The translations under genes and the position numbers were made by a program. The notes beneath the pieces are model-generated. The model saw nothing but the letters and a program-made list of their open reading frames with translations, had not been told where the DNA came from and made no database searches. This document shows positions 12,800 to 26,490 of a stretch of DNA of 64,000 bases, piece after piece (the first letter of the stretch is position 1; each line of letters opens with the position of its first letter). This stretch comes from Isurus oxyrinchus (lineage: Eukaryota): the NCBI GenBank assembly GCA_026770705.1, contig JANJGN010000040.1:8618001-8682000 (forward strand), in the 5' to 3' direction.

Positions 12800-13400
12800 T
12801 GCACTCTGTTTGGTACTGTATGTGAGAGTGGGATTAATTCTGTCAGGTGGTGGTATTGTATGGGAGAGTAGAATTAATTTGGCAAGTCAGTGGTACTGTG
12901 TGTGAGAGTGGGGTTGATTTTGTTTCTGTTAGGCTCTGGTACTCTGTGTGAGTGTTAGATACATTCTGTAACTCTCAATCCCTGATCTGGTGCATGACTG
13001 TGGGATTAGTTCTGTACTTATGAAACCTTATTTCTGAACATGTGTTCATGAATGTTGTGTGTGTAAATCTGTGGCACTCTGTGAATGTCAGATTCTTTTT
13101 CCATCTCTTCATCTCTGGGACTGCTTGAGATTCATTCTGTACCTATCATTCACTTGTACTCTGTGAAATGTGATTCATTCTGCCTTTGTCTATCTCTGGT
13201 ACTGTAAATGGGTGTGTGATTTACTCTGCATCTGTGTATCTCTGATGTTGTCAATGCCTTGGGCTTCAATCTGTATTTGTCAGTGCCTGGTAACATGTTG
13301 GATTTGCTGAGCACTTCACAGTGTCTGGTTTATTCTGTCACTCTCAATCGTTGATGTTGCTTGTGACTCTGGGATTAATTCTGTATCTATATCCAATAGT
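12800..13400 (+). repeat. Degenerate ~45 bp tandem repeat
   Basis: Repeated GGTACTGTATGTGAGAGTGGGATTAATTCTGT-like units. Confidence 0.7.
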
Positions 13401-14574
13401 TATCTCAGGCATGGTGTTGGAAATGATTTAACATCTTAACACCTTTCAGGAAGTAAAACTACCATCCCAATCCTTACCCAGTCTGGTTTATATATGATCT
13501 CAGAACAAACCACAGTGATCAGCTTATCTCTGAACTGCCATCTACAATGTGCAAGCAAACCATTCAGTTCTATTCAAGAAGGCCACTCACCAATACTTTC
13601 TCCAGGGCAATTAGTAATGGGCCCACATCTGGTGATTTAATAGAAGAAAGCTCACATCTCCAGCAGCCACCAGTAATCACTGACCCTCTAGATGTTTGTC
13701 AGAACTGGGTCTACCTGAAAATTTAACCAATGTTCAAATTTAGTGTCCTATTCCTTCATTTCAACAAAACAACAAAGGATTGTCAACTGAACTTTAAACC
13801 TATAATTATGTGACCTCATGGTGTGAATAAGGAGTCTCACTAATGAATAGTGCAAAATGGAAGTCTGGATGCAAACTAAATTCAATGGTTGTAAATCAGG
13901 TAGCGTGTGTGTGTGAATCTGTCATTTACATCCTGGACAGATCAGGCTTCTTGCTGGGATTGTGAACTTGGAAAATGAGGTTCTAAACCAAGCAAACCAC
14001 AATAGATCCCTTGTAAAGGGTAATAGAGAAGAGAATGGGAGCTGACTGTAGTGGGGTGGATCCCATGATAAAACTGAGGGTTTATAATGCTGCTTTGTAA
14101 AAGTTTTGTCGACAGAAGCTGATGCTGAATTATCCCTATTGTGGTTGAAACCCCATTAGTAATTAGCATTGGCTGAGGCAGTTAACCCTGGGAAGCATTC
14201 ATTTTCAGTGAATATGACTGATGCCTGAGAAAGCAACCAATTCTGCACAAGTGGATAGATTATTTGAGCTAGATAAGCAGGAGAGACATAGAAAAAGGAG
14301 AAATGAACAAAAAAAAAGCGTTAAAGTAAGTCAAAGGGAGGAACAAGTTATACAGTGTGAGAAAAGGGGTGCTGATTGGTTAGCAAGTTAACTCCAATTG
14401 CTTGAGGAGTTGCCACGCAGTATTCACCAGGAAACTATATTCCCACATGTTTTTGTTTAATTCAACATATGCACAATGTCTGGATATGTTCGTTTTGCCT
14501 ACAGATAACAGGGCCCTGCGCATGAATATATGTAGCCTCTAGCATGTGTAAGTGAGCCACATTGTGAAGAATAA

Positions 14575-14990
14575 GGAACTTCAGTTACTTAGTTGGTGAA
14601 GCTGTGACCATTTTCCTCACAGGAGTGAAGGTTGAGAGGAGAGGATAGAGGTATTCAAAATTATGAAGAGTCTGGACACAATAGATAGAAAAAAGCTGTT
14701 CCCACTACTGGATGGAGCAAAGACCAGAGGGAACAGATTTAAACACATTGACAGAAGCAATGGATTCATGTGGAGAAACGTTTACATGCAGTGAGTGGTT
14801 AAGATCTCAAATTTGGAGCCTGACACTGCTGGAGGAAGATGCAAATAAGGCATTCAGGAGAGAATTGGATTATTATGTGAAAAGTAAGAGTGTGCAGGAT
14901 TGTGGGAAGAAGGTGGGGGAATGGCACTAGATGTATTACTTATTTGGAGAATCAAGGCAGAGTCAATGGGCCAAACCTCCTTTGTGCTGA
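14575..14990 (+). mobile_element. CR1 LINE 3' fragment
   Basis: Degenerate RLRG..IEVFKIMK.LD motif and a CR1-type 3' tail. Confidence 0.65.
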
Positions 14991-15839
14991 CAGTAATACT
15001 GTAGGTGTGTGTGCAAGCGTGGGTGTGCTTGATTATGTTGATTATCCTTCTGTCAAACTCTGGTGCTGCATGTGAATGTAGAATTCATTCTGTGACTGTC
15101 AGGACCTGCTACTGAATCTGAATGTGGGATTATCTAGATTATGTTAACATAGTTCTGCAGTCCTGTATGCAAGTTAGAGGATCAGTCTAGAAATACCATT
15201 TTTAAATTGTGTGTGTGTGTTATTTTGTGTGAATTTGTAATTATTCCTGGCTTTCAGTGGGTGCCACATGTGTGTCAAATTAATTAGTGTCATTCAGCCT
15301 CAGGTATTGTGGGTGAGTGTACCGAGAGTCTGAATCTGTCAGTGCCTGATAATGGACATGTGCTCAATAATAATTCGGAATCTGTCATTCTTGCTACTCT
15401 GGACAATGTGAGATTCATTACATAACTTTCAGTCTCTTGGACTGTTTACCAATCTAGATTCATTTTGTGTTGAAATTTCAGTACAGCAATCAGCCATTGA
15501 CATTGTCGGTTCAATCAATGGAATAATTGCAAGTTTTGTCTCATATTAAATCCCATTCTGTGTAATTTTTTGATGTGAATCTCCATTGTAATGCAAGTGG
15601 AACTCAGTTAACTGTTCAAATTAATGCTGTGTCATTCAGTCTGTTTCTGAGTGAGAATTTTAAACTTGGCTGTTGAGCTCAGTTTGCACTGTGTTGTAGG
15701 AGTTTTTTTGGAGTGGTATGTTATTTGTATCTCATTCTGTACCAATCAATTTGATATATATCCTTTAGTTTAATAATGTGGGTGAGGTTCAAACTGGAAT
15801 CTGAGGTTGTATCTTTCAGTTCTATCTGGTAGTAATGAA

Positions 15840-16230
15840 ATTGCAGAAAAGACTGATTCCCTAATCAGTGCTGTCACCCCACCTCCTCTTTATCCTTTTC
15901 TATCTTTTTCTGAAACACTGTATTTCTGAATATTCAGCACCCAGTCCTTGATCCTTTTAAACCACGTTTCTTTCATTGCCACCATATCATATTCCCGCAT
16001 TGTCATTTGTCCTTCCAGCTCATCAGTCTCATTTATCACATACATGCATTGTAAACCAGTCTTTGCATTCCTCATAGTGCTTCTTAATCTGTCCTTATCT
16101 AATATGGCATTGCTTCCTTCTCCAGTATTATCCATCCCTCTCCCTCCCCTCTGTCATTATTCTTTTCTGGTACATCTCTAAGCCGGTGTCCAAAGCCCTG
16201 CCAATTTAGATTAAATCTGCACCAACCAGG
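15840..16230 (-). mobile_element. CR1 LINE endonuclease fragment
   Basis: ORF 15890-16135 contains YDMVAMKETW...WVLNIQKYSVSEKDRKG. Confidence 0.75.
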
Positions 16231-16929
16231 TAGTGAACCATAAACTAAAATTGAACTTGGTGCCTGTGCATGCAGAGTACAATGGATCAGAACTCCACCA
16301 AGTCAGCCTCTTGGCCAGCTCTGGTCCCTGTGAGTGACACTGTACTTACTGTGTGTGAGGAGCTGACTGCACTTCCCCTTGTGTTGTAGAATCACATCAT
16401 CTATTCTGCTGCTTTCAAGTATTTGCCTAACGGAAGAAAAAAAAGTGTTTATTATAATTTATGGAGAAGTGAGATTAAAAATTCAAAGAAACAAAAACAA
16501 CTATTCAATTAATAATCATTCCGAACAACCGCAAAGTTAGAGGTTCAAGAAGGCAGCTCACCACCACCTTCCCAAGGGCAACTCGGGATGGGCAATAAAT
16601 GCTGGCCCAGCCAGTGAAGCCCACATCTTGTCAATGAATAACAAAAGATAAGACAAACAGAGTCAGTGTCTGAATCCACTGCAGTCCTGCAGCACTCAGC
16701 TGCTAAAGACCAGGGACTTTGTTCCTATTACAACAATTTCCTGCCATCCGGAAACAGTCCACTGTTCCAGGAGTGGGACTGAGTGACAGAGCAGGGACTA
16801 TTGTGAAGGTCAGATTTCTAATTGCCGCTCCCATGGACTAACCGTTCAAGTGAAAGCAAACAGCCACTGTTTAAAATGTGTCTCTGCATTAGCGGCTGTT
16901 TTAAACCATCTTCTTCCACTCACAGGCAG

Positions 16930-17455
16930 TGCTGGGGAGAGCAGCGTGCATGCGCAGAATGATGCACACATTTGGAAACACAACATTGAAAATTTCCAGC
17001 ACAGACTGAGGCCATTCGGCCCATTGTGTCGACACCAGCCCCCAAAGAGTTTGATCCACCCTCACATCACTTTCTGGCTCTTGCTCCGTGAGTCCTGTAG
17101 GTTCCACCAGCCCAGTGCATATCCAAGTGTTTGTTAAAGGCAGTGATGAGCTGCCTCCCCAGCTCTGCCTGGGACTGGAAGAAGATGGTTTCAAACAGCC
17201 GCCAATGGAGAGATCCCGCTCCCAGGGGAAGGGAACAAACAGCAGCCTCCTGGGAGGAGGGAGACAGAATGGCAAGAAGCTGTTATTGAAAATCATTGCT
17301 GCTTTCTCTACCCTAAACAACAATGAATATTTCTGGTTTAGTTCCAACCACCTCGGTTTGTTGATATTGGACAGTGAGGAGTGGGAACAGAGCCGGACAG
17401 TCAGGGTGTGGGGAGTCAGACAAAGAGCAGCTATTGCAGGCACAAGGTGAGAACT
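16930..17455 (+). other. Promoter/first-exon-like non-coding module, paralog of 25900-26490
   Basis: Shares TTGAA.ATCATTGCTGCTTTCTCT.CCC and a terminal AG|GTGAG donor with the 26 kb copy. An NRF1-like GTGCATGCGC is at ~16946. Confidence 0.45.
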
Positions 17456-19204
17456 AAGACGAACACATTTCTTTAGCAGTGACTGGTGTCGGTTGAATGG
17501 TTAACCCAATGGGAACAATGAATCAAAATCCAACCTGAACGAATGTCCCTGTTCCACCAGCAGTGCAGGGTTTCAGTTGTACCTGCATCTAACTGACAAT
17601 TGACAATGTTTGCATTGCTGCAGTTTCTTTGTGGCTGTTCATTATTATTATGTACTGAGAGCCTTTGTATTTTCTACCTCACCTGTATTTGTTGTAATCC
17701 AAGCACTCTTTTCTACAGGGAAATTACTGACGGGACCAGAATAACTGTGATGTTTCCTCCACCCGAGTGACAGTGATCAGTGCAGACAGCTCCTCACACA
17801 CAGTATGTACGTTCTCACTCAGAGTGCATCAGCTCCACAGTCTCAGACAGCAGAACTGGTTCCACAGGTCCATTTTCAAACCAACAATCAAACAGAGCAG
17901 GAGAAACAGATATTGTTTCCATGTCACCTAACTCAAAACCACTGACAGGTAGATACATAAATCACACTCCAAATTCTCACCCACTATCAGATTATCTATG
18001 TGTCAGTTCTACCTTGTGCAAGAGTTTGCTGTAATTAAATTAAATATCAAGAAAGAACTGAAAGATGGTATAACCTCAGCTGCAAACTCAGGTTCCAGTT
18101 TGAAACTCACCCAGAGTATTAACCTCATGGATACAATAACAATTTGATTAGTACACACTGAGATAGGGACCACATATCGTTCCAAAAACCTCAGAGTATC
18201 AGAATAGTAGGTACTGTATGCATTCTCACAGAGAAAACTGAGCACAACGGGCAAGTTTACAGTGATCCTCAACTACGAGTCCTAATTTTGAGAAATAATC
18301 TCCTGTGTGGGACCTTATCAAATTGCTGAGCAAAATTACACACACCCTCAGATTGCAAGGCACTGTGTGACCAAAACAAAAGTAGAACCTTAAATACAGA
18401 TTAAATGACAAAGAGAACAGGCAAAAGCACCTGATTGTAAGTTAATGCATGAATCCCAACATTGTACCCAGACTGCAGACTGAACAATGCATTATGTATC
18501 ACTCCCTAAATCTCAGAGCCTCTACAATCTGGATTAAGCTGATTTTACAATGTTATACATTTCCCCTATACAGACATTCAGAATTGTGTTGACAGAGATG
18601 GAATTCGAATCCAAAACTCTGACATAATATCTGATTAATACCCACAGCTATTAACTCCTGTTGAAACACATTTTATATTAAACATAAGTCAGGCTTACAC
18701 TCATAATATATAGAATAGAATCTCGCAATTGTTACAGCAGAGGGAGGCCATTCGGCCCATAGTATCTGTGTCAGCTCGCTGCAAGAGCAGCTGAGCTGCT
18801 CCCACTGACATATTCTTTCCTACAGGCCTGTTTAATTTTCCTTTTGTTCTTTTTACTATTTCTGTCTTGTCCAAAGAGCTCAAGTTATCTTTCCACATGG
18901 ACAAAATTGATTCTCTTTATTGACATTGATCATATCCATTCAACATCCATCCTTTCCCAAGATTAATAGTCCCAGCTATTCTAAGCCAGTGATGATTACT
19001 GATAAGGTTTCAACTGCAATTTAAATAACTCCAGTTGGAATTCATTTATCTGCCATCCTCTTCTCCATTACCCTTTACACTCTCTGATAGCAAGTTTAGT
19101 TGCCCTGATCTGTGTCTGACACCCATCCCAATTCTCCTCCTGAAGTATAACTGCTTTCATTGGATTTACCTAAGCAAATGAGCCAGGATCTCCCGTGGTT
19201 TAAG

Positions 19205-19490
19205 ATAAAAGCAAAATACTGCGGATGCTGGAAATCTAGAACAAAAACAAAAATACCTGGAAAAACTCAGCAGGTCTGATAACATCTGCAGAGAGGGATA
19301 CAGTTAACGTTTCGCATCCATATGGCCCTTCATCAGAACTAAGACATATAGAAATGAGATGAAATTTAAGCTGGTAGAAGGGAGTGGGACAGGAAGAGCT
19401 TAATGGGCCAGTGATAGGTGGAGGCCAAGAAGAGACTGCTACAATGTCATAGACAAAAGGACAAAGGGGTGTTGATGTGGTTTGTTTGGT
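19205..19490. mobile_element. Penelope pseudo-LTR fragment with degenerate hammerhead motif (minus, 19302-19340)
   Basis: The minus strand reads AGTT-CTGATGA-AGGGCCATATGGATGC-GAAA-CGTT-AACT, and stem II is mispaired. Confidence 0.75.
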
Positions 19491-20099
19491 TTCAAACACC
19501 ACTTTGCAAGTTCACGCTCCCAGCAAGAAACCTGATCTATTGATGAGGTGAATCAGAAATTCAGACTTGTTTTCTACCCGATTTCCAGGCTTTGAAATTA
19601 ATTTCCATCCAGATTTCTGTCTGCACGACCCAGCGGGGAAGCTCCTCACTCAATAGACAAGGTCAGTTAATTACAGGTGTAATGGGCAGTTGATAAGTCT
19701 GTCACTTTTAAACATTTATGTGTATAAAAACCATTTGATATGACTGCTAGATTAAAGAAAAACTGATTGTCAATGGGAAATGCAAATGTGAACCTAAGTC
19801 TAAATTGGAGATATTTTCAGGTAGACCCAATTCTGACAATCATCTAGAGTGTTAGTGATAACTGGTTATTGTAGGAGATGTGAGCTTTTTATTAATTCAT
19901 GGGATATGGGCCCATTCCTAATTGCCCTGGGGTAGGTAGTGGTGAGCTGCCTTTTTCAATACAACTGAGTGGTTTACTCAGCAATTGTAGATGGCAGTTT
20001 AGAGTCAACTTCATTGCTGTGCTTGGTCATAGGATCCAATATAAGCCAGATCAGTTAAGGATGGGGATGATAAATCCACTTTCCTAAATGTTTGAAGGT

Positions 20100-21320
20100 G
20101 TTAAACATTGCATTTTGAACACTATTCCTGAGATAAATATTACATACAGGTACACAATCAATCCCAGAGTCACATGCAACATCAAAAACTGAGAACTCAA
20201 CAATAACCGTCTCTATTATATACAGCACCAGAGACTACTCAACAAATCTTGCACAAACCAGACACTGAGAAATATGGTAGGATGACCAATACATGCACAG
20301 TGATAGAGACTAATACAAAATGAATCTCAGTACACACACCATGCCAGAGACTATCAGTTACAGAATGAATCCCATATTACACAAAGCACACTGACTGATA
20401 GATAGAGGATGAATCTCAAATTGTCCCAGGGATGTAGATCCCGAATGAATCTGACCTTTGCATAGTACCACAGACTGAGAAACACAGAGGAATCGTAGAG
20501 CCAAAGACTGATAGAAACAAAACGAATCCTTCATTTCAGGCACTGTGAGCTACAAAATGGAACCAATGCTTACAGAGTGCACCAGAATCAAAATGGATTG
20601 CAAGCTCCCATGCAGTACCACTTATTAAAGGAGAATTAACCACATTCATAATCAGTACTACCCATTGAAATAGATTCTAAGTTTGACCGTACTTAGTGCT
20701 GTTTGTGACAGTAAGATTAATTATGTCAAACATTGCAATAGATTGAGCTACTGAGAATGAATCGCACACTGAATCAGTACCAGAGATTGACAGATACAGA
20801 CTGAATTCCACACTCCCATTCAGCAACGGATGTTGACAGATACAGAATTAGTCTCACATTCACACACAGTGTCAGGCACTGATAGTGAATAAGACGTTCA
20901 CAGACTCAGAAAAAGTACCACAGACTGACAGATATAGAATCAATAACACACTGACCTACAGTGCCAGAGACTGACAAATAAAGAATCTCATGAACATCCA
21001 GTTACAGAGCCTGGCAGGTACAGAATAAATCCAACACTTTCTGTGGCCGAGAGAAACACATGCTGATTTAATTCCGCACTGGCTTATGGTCCCAAGAAGG
21101 GTCTGAATTCACTTACATGCACCAATAACGGACAGATGCACAATGAGTTCCAGGATGCCAAGTGAATCCAACACTGAGACATGGTCCCATCAAGTCACAG
21201 ATACAGAATAAATCCAACACTCGCATACTGTACCACGGCCTTCCAAACAGCGAAGGAACCCCACACTCACACAATATTATCAGAGAGTGTGGAAATCCTA
21301 GAATCACACACATTACCAGA
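20100..21320 (-). repeat. Degenerate ~45 bp tandem repeat, reverse orientation
   Basis: GACAGATACAGA at 20789 and 20835 gives a period of 46, with many similar units around it. Confidence 0.7.
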
Positions 21321-21667
21321 GCCGCGCAGTTTTTGAAGTAACCCCAGATTCCCGGACAGTCCCTCGCACAGGCAACATTTCCCGGTGTATCTTTACACAC
21401 TGAGAAACTCCGGCTGAAGAAGTTCTTTGTAAAATGTATTTCCTGATTGTAGTAAGGAGGCTAATGATTGGTGGTGAAAGTTAAATATGATTGGTCGGTT
21501 CAACTATCCAATCAAAAAATTCACAAAATAAGTCATTTGGTTTTAGAAATGTCCAATCAGAATAATTGTTTCCCCATTCCTCATTAGCATATATCTGTCA
21601 GACTGTCTATTTAATGAGCGGACGGAAGGGGTTTGGTTTATTTCTGTGTCTGAAATTGAGATTGAAG

Positions 21668-22045
21668 ATGGTTGAAGAGAAGAAGAAACCAGTTGCTAAG
21701 AAAGGCGCCAAGAAAGCGGTGAGTAAACCGTCAGGAAAGGGCGGCAAGAAGCGGCGAAGGTCGAGGAAGGAGAGTTACGCCATCTACATCTACAAAGTGA
21801 TGAAGCAGGTTCACCCCGACACCGGCATCTCCTCCAAGGCCATGAGCATCATGAACTCGTTCGTGAGCGATATTTTCGAGCGCATCGCGGGTGAGGCTTC
21901 CCGCCTGGCCCATTACAACAAGCGCAGCACCATCAGCTCCCGGGAGATCCAGACCGCCGTGCGCCTGCTGCTGCCCGGGGAACTGGCCAAGCACGCCGTG
22001 TCGGAAGGGACAAAGGCGGTGACCAAGTACACCAGCTCCAAGTAA
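21668..22045 (+). CDS. H2B: Histone H2B (second copy)
   Basis: [16 protein letters not shown]...AVTKYTSSK, 125 aa, with ATG at 21668. An ATTAGCAT/TATTTAAT/CCAAT promoter lies upstream. Confidence 0.96.
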   Translation: MVEEKKKPVAKKGAKKAVSKPSGKGGKKRRRSRKESYAIYIYKVMKQVHPDTGISSKAMSIMNSFVSDIFERIAGEASRLAHYNKRSTISSREIQTAVRLLLPGELAKHAVSEGTKAVTKYTSSK

Positions 22046-22082
22046 AACCCCCGAACTGACTGAAAAACATTCAAAACACAAC

Positions 22083-22098
22083 GGCTCTTTTAAGAGCC
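22083..22098 (+). terminator. Histone 3' stem-loop (H2B)
   Basis: GGCTCTTTTAAGAGCC followed by ACCCA. Confidence 0.95.
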
Positions 22099-22924
22099 AC
22101 CCACAGTCTCCCTGAAAACGCTATACCAACCACCTCAATTTTTAATTTGCTGTTTCTAATTTGAAAAATTTCGAACGATGTTTTTTTGAGTTGTTTCACA
22201 CATTCAGGCCAATGTAGACTCGGTTCAATTATTCGCTGTTGTTAATAAAGTACATAAATTAATGATTGTCCGCTGACCCTCTGCAATTTGTTCTCAGATG
22301 CGTTTATATTCGGCCCCTTTTCCTGGCTTTGGAGAGAGAGAGAGAATAGAACGCAAATGCGTCAGTTTCCAGTTCTGGTCAAGTTTGGTCTCAATAATCG
22401 ATCAGCTCATTCATTCAGCCCCGGCCAGCTCAACGCTGGCAAATTTACACCAGAAATGTCCACTTTTGACTCACGAGTATCTACTGTCCGTTTCTGCCGG
22501 CTGGTTAGAGGATTTCAATAAGGATCGAAATTAACCCCAAATGGATCCTGGATTCTAAAAGCGAATCTGGAACTTGGATAAAATGTGAAATAGTCCCATC
22601 AGGGACGGATATTTTAAAAACTTTGTCGTCAGACCGTGTTCACTATTAATGGGATTTTCTATATGAAATGTATTTTTTCTTTTCTAAATATACCGGCCGT
22701 CTTCGATGTCGAATAAAAAAAAAGTTTGTATTCCTCAAACTTGGTGCCGATATTTTCGGTTTGTTTTTAAGATGTTGATAAACCCAGGCTGAAAATCAGA
22801 AACAGACAAACACAGATCAACTGTAGACTAGGGAAACAGGAGAGATTAAGTGAATCTAACATTCGTATTCTAAATATTGAATTGCCTATTTCCAATTAGT
22901 ACGATATTATGTACTTTATTTTAC

Positions 22925-23201
22925 AAATTTGGCGGGCTTTAAAATTTGAAAAAAAATCGTTTGGAATCTGATCATTTGGCGCCGTCATTTTCCGCCCTCT
23001 ATCCGTGGAATCTCCGGATTGGTGAGTTCAGTAGATATCTGATTGGTCACTTTGTGTTGCGTCTCATAATGTTGTTCATGTTACCAATCAGCAATGCCCG
23101 CAGCACCATTCCTCCAGAAACTATCAGAGAAGCGAATGTGAGTGGATTCCCTCATTCCATTTGAAAGTGTTTGTGAGATTGTGGAAATGTTTGAAAGCAG
23201 G
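22925..23201 (+). pseudogene. Orphan H2A promoter, 5' UTR and first ~5 codons; rest of gene absent
   Basis: Inverted paralog of 6130-6400. It reads AAAGTGTTTGTGAGATTGTGGAAATGTTTGAAAGCAGG against AAAGTGTTTGTGAGATTGTGAAAATGTCTGGAAGAGG in the intact gene, and homology then stops. Confidence 0.85.
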
Positions 23202-23369
23202 ACTCCTCAGAGTGCAACGTGACGTATAGTGATAACTCCAATACCACTGCACTGTCTGACTGTCTGTAATGACCATATGGAAATGATTGTAATATTCATT
23301 GATTGTATTGAAGCACCTCGCGATCCATGTGTAAAAGTTGAATATGATTGCAGTTTTTATGATGATCAT

Positions 23370-23980
23370 TTAAAAATCTGTCAGAATTTTCTCCAATAGT
23401 TTTCCCACCTCCGACGTGAGACTCGTTGGCCTTTAGTTCCCTGGCTTATCTCAACAAACCTTAAATATCGGAACAACATGAGCTGTTCTCCAGTCCTCTG
23501 GCACCTCCCCCGTGGCCAGAGAGGAATTAAAAATTTGGGTCAGAACTCCTGCGGCCTCCTCTCTTGCCTCCCTCAGCAGTCTGAGACAAAAGTCATCCGG
23601 ACCTGGAGATTTTTCCACTTTTAGGCCTACAAACACCTTCAATACCTTGTTACTCCTTTTATCAATTTGTTCAAGAACCTCAGTCTCTCTCCCCCAGTTT
23701 GATACCTTCAGCCTCATTCTCTTGGGTAAAGACGGATGTGAAGTATTCATTCAGCACTCCATCGATGTCCTCTAGCTCCACCTTGGTCCCTAATGGGCCC
23801 TAGTCTCCCTGTTTATCCTCTACCCATTGATATACTTAGAGGATATCTTGAGATTTTCCCTACTTTTAGCAGCCAGAGCTTTCTCATATTCCCTCTTTGC
23901 TCTCCTAATTGCTTTCTTAATATCTACCCTGCACTTTCTGTACTCCACTAATGCCTCCACTGATTTGCTTCCCTTGTTGG
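23370..23980 (-). mobile_element. CR1 LINE ORF2 fragment
   Basis: LKVEKSPGPDDF..RLLRE...IFNSSLATGEVPEDWRTAHVVPIFK. Confidence 0.9.
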
Positions 23981-24069
23981 TTCAAGGATAGGAAAAAGGA
24001 GACAACCAAATTTCACGAACTATATTATAGATACTCCTGGCGCCTGATGAAGTTAATATTAACGTTAGT

Positions 24070-24945
24070 AAGCATGATACAATAATTTTTATAATGTTAT
24101 TGGGATTTATTATAAAACAGAGCAATGGTGGAGTCTGTGTCTATGGGTCTGTGAGGGGTGTCTTAATTGAATTAAAAGCAGCTTGTCTGAAGGCTTTATT
24201 GTATCAGAAGATAAGGTACTTTTGAAATGTTAAGGAAGTAAGCATAGGGGAAATTTTAGAATGTGAGGTGTAAAGGGGATATTTGTATTTTTAAATGAAC
24301 CAGACAAGCGTTAATAATTCAAGAGAGGGAAAGAAATCTTTCACTTAGCCAGGAGACATTAAGAAAGTGTGTTTTAGTTTTCCAAAAAATTACTGGTAAA
24401 TTTGGTGCTATAATAGAATTTTATTATTAGAGTGGTAAAGTCCGAAGACATAGTGAAATCATGGAAATTTCCTTTTAAAAGGGGAAAATATGTATAAAGG
24501 GGAGAAGGCTGTTTGTAAGGGAAGGCATTTTAAGAGCTAACAAGTGTAAAAAGCTTCTAGCCTGTAAATCTGAAACTGCTTAATTTCAAATTCAGAGATT
24601 AAGAAAACTCACTTTAAATTCGACTGTTCAGGGTATAGTGTCTTTTAAAATCTGTGTTTAATTGTTGCCTTAACGGCGATGTAGCTTGGAGTTAGATTAA
24701 CTAGGAGAGCTACGAGTTACCATAGATGTAATTTGTAAACCTATGTATGTGCTTAAAATCTTTTTTATATTTAACAAAGTTTTAATTTAGTTTTGTAAGA
24801 AACCTATGAGATTCAGTGCTCTTGTTGCTACTGAATACGAAGTATGCATCTCGAAGTATATGAACATTGCAAAACAGTTGTGACAGTTATTTTAAGTTTC
24901 CCTTTGGGATTTGAGCAACTCAGCATTTACCATCAGCTGTGCAGC
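24070..24945 (+). mobile_element. Probable solo LTR, paralog of 54588-55502
   Basis: Colinear similarity over ~900 bp, for example CCTATGTATGTGCTTAAAAT and GAGCA.CTCAGCATTTACCATCA. Confidence 0.6.
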
Positions 24946-24959
24946 ACGTTACTGAGGTA

Positions 24960-25700
24960 TTTAACATTGGAATGACAACGAACAGAATTCAAAACTTAAC
25001 AGAATGAAAAAGGTAACATCAGGGCACGAGGGCAAAAAGTATCATGCCAGAAGAAGAGTCTTATGTATTGACACACACAACTTACGAAACACATTTAATA
25101 AGAATACATTGAATGAATAAGAAGTTCAAAATTCAGCTTCGGCAGTATGAAATTATGCCCGTTACAGAGAAACTGCTACAAGCTGGTCATAATTATTACA
25201 GGTTACAACAATTTTGCGAAGTATGGGGCAATTGGAAAATGAGGAAGTGTAGCCTTATTGCAGCATTTGTAAGAGAGGAATATAGATAATCGGAATCAAT
25301 ACACAACATGGTGATTCAAATCGTAAGGATCCTTTTGTATAGGCCTCCTGACACAAGCAATAAAGTGACGTAATGTATTGATTCAGTGATTATGGAAGCT
25401 TGTAACTCAGTAAATTAATTTAAGAGACCCCTATTCTGATAAAATCCATTGAGCAGGGTAGCTCAGCCTGAAAGCAGTTAATCTCTTGCTTACACACAAG
25501 ATACATTTTTGGCATCATATGTTCCAGATTAACAAAACGGTCGGCCATAATACAGTTAGTATTGAGTAATTGACTCTATGACTCTCTGATCTATGATTTT
25601 ATTATGAGTGAGCATAATGGAGTCAAATTCAATTTCAACTTTGAAAAATGTGAAAACTAAACAAACACTAATATCCGAAATTGCAGAAAGTCTAAATGTA
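24960..25700 (+). mobile_element. Very degraded CR1 endonuclease fragment
   Basis: Remnants of EVQ...YEIMPVTE.L, YRPPD and H-N..KFN-like motifs. Confidence 0.45.
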
Positions 25701-25769
25701 ACGGGATGAGAGACAGTTTAATAACAAACAATCTGCAGGGGATGAACGCAAATTGAATATCGAAATGGG

Positions 25770-26490
25770 ACAAACAAAGCTTCCAACGCGAATGGTCCCC
25801 GCTTCCACCACACGTCCACTCGCACCCAACGCCCCTTGCCCCCCGCGCCGACACAGGTTCGGAGATTTTGTTCTCTCTGTGATGAGAGTGAAACGGGGAA
25901 AATTCCCATTGATTTTAACGGCTGAATTGCTGCGAGATCTGCGCGTGCGCCATCTAACCCCGCCCCCCCAGTGTCGTCACCATGTGGATAACAGCGCATG
26001 CGTATCCACGCCCCCAACAATGGCCGAGAGCGTCATTCACTCAGTGAGCGGAATAGGGTTTAATTCAGCAGCGATCGGAGACATCACCGCCCCAGAGGGA
26101 AGTGAACAAACAGCATCTGCTTAAAGCAGCGCATCGGTTTGGAGCCGCGTCCGCAGATATGCTCAGAGATTGGCATTGAGTGTCCGGGCAGCTGAGGCGG
26201 AGGCGGCGGCTGTTGTGAATGGGCTCCCTGGAACACGAGCTGCTCCCGGAACATGGAGTGAGCGGGGGGAAGGGAGAGGCCATTCTCGAGCAGTGTCTGG
26301 ACAGAGTGAGAAGAACTCGCCATTGAAGATCATTGCTGCTTTCTCTCCCCAAACCCGAGTGTAGCTTCCTGGCTTAGTTCCGGTCTCCACTGTCCCTTGT
26401 TATTGGACAGAGAATGGCGGGGAAAATAGCCGCACAGTAACAATGTTTCCAGTTACACAAAGAAGATCAATTTCAGGCGCCAGGTGAGTA
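25770..26490 (+). promoter_or_regulatory. CpG-island-like promoter and putative non-coding first exon
   Basis: CpG-rich, with NRF1-like GCGCATGCGT (~25994) and GCGCGTGCGC (~25941), GC boxes and a donor CAG|GTGAGT at ~26481-26489. No recognisable ORF. Confidence 0.55.

Noticed and set aside
21566-21667. N-terminal extensions of the histone ORFs in the ORF track (also 4728-4775, 6143-6148, 7647-7652)
   Set aside because: They start at TTG/GTG codons within the promoter or 5' UTR. The canonical ATGs lie downstream.
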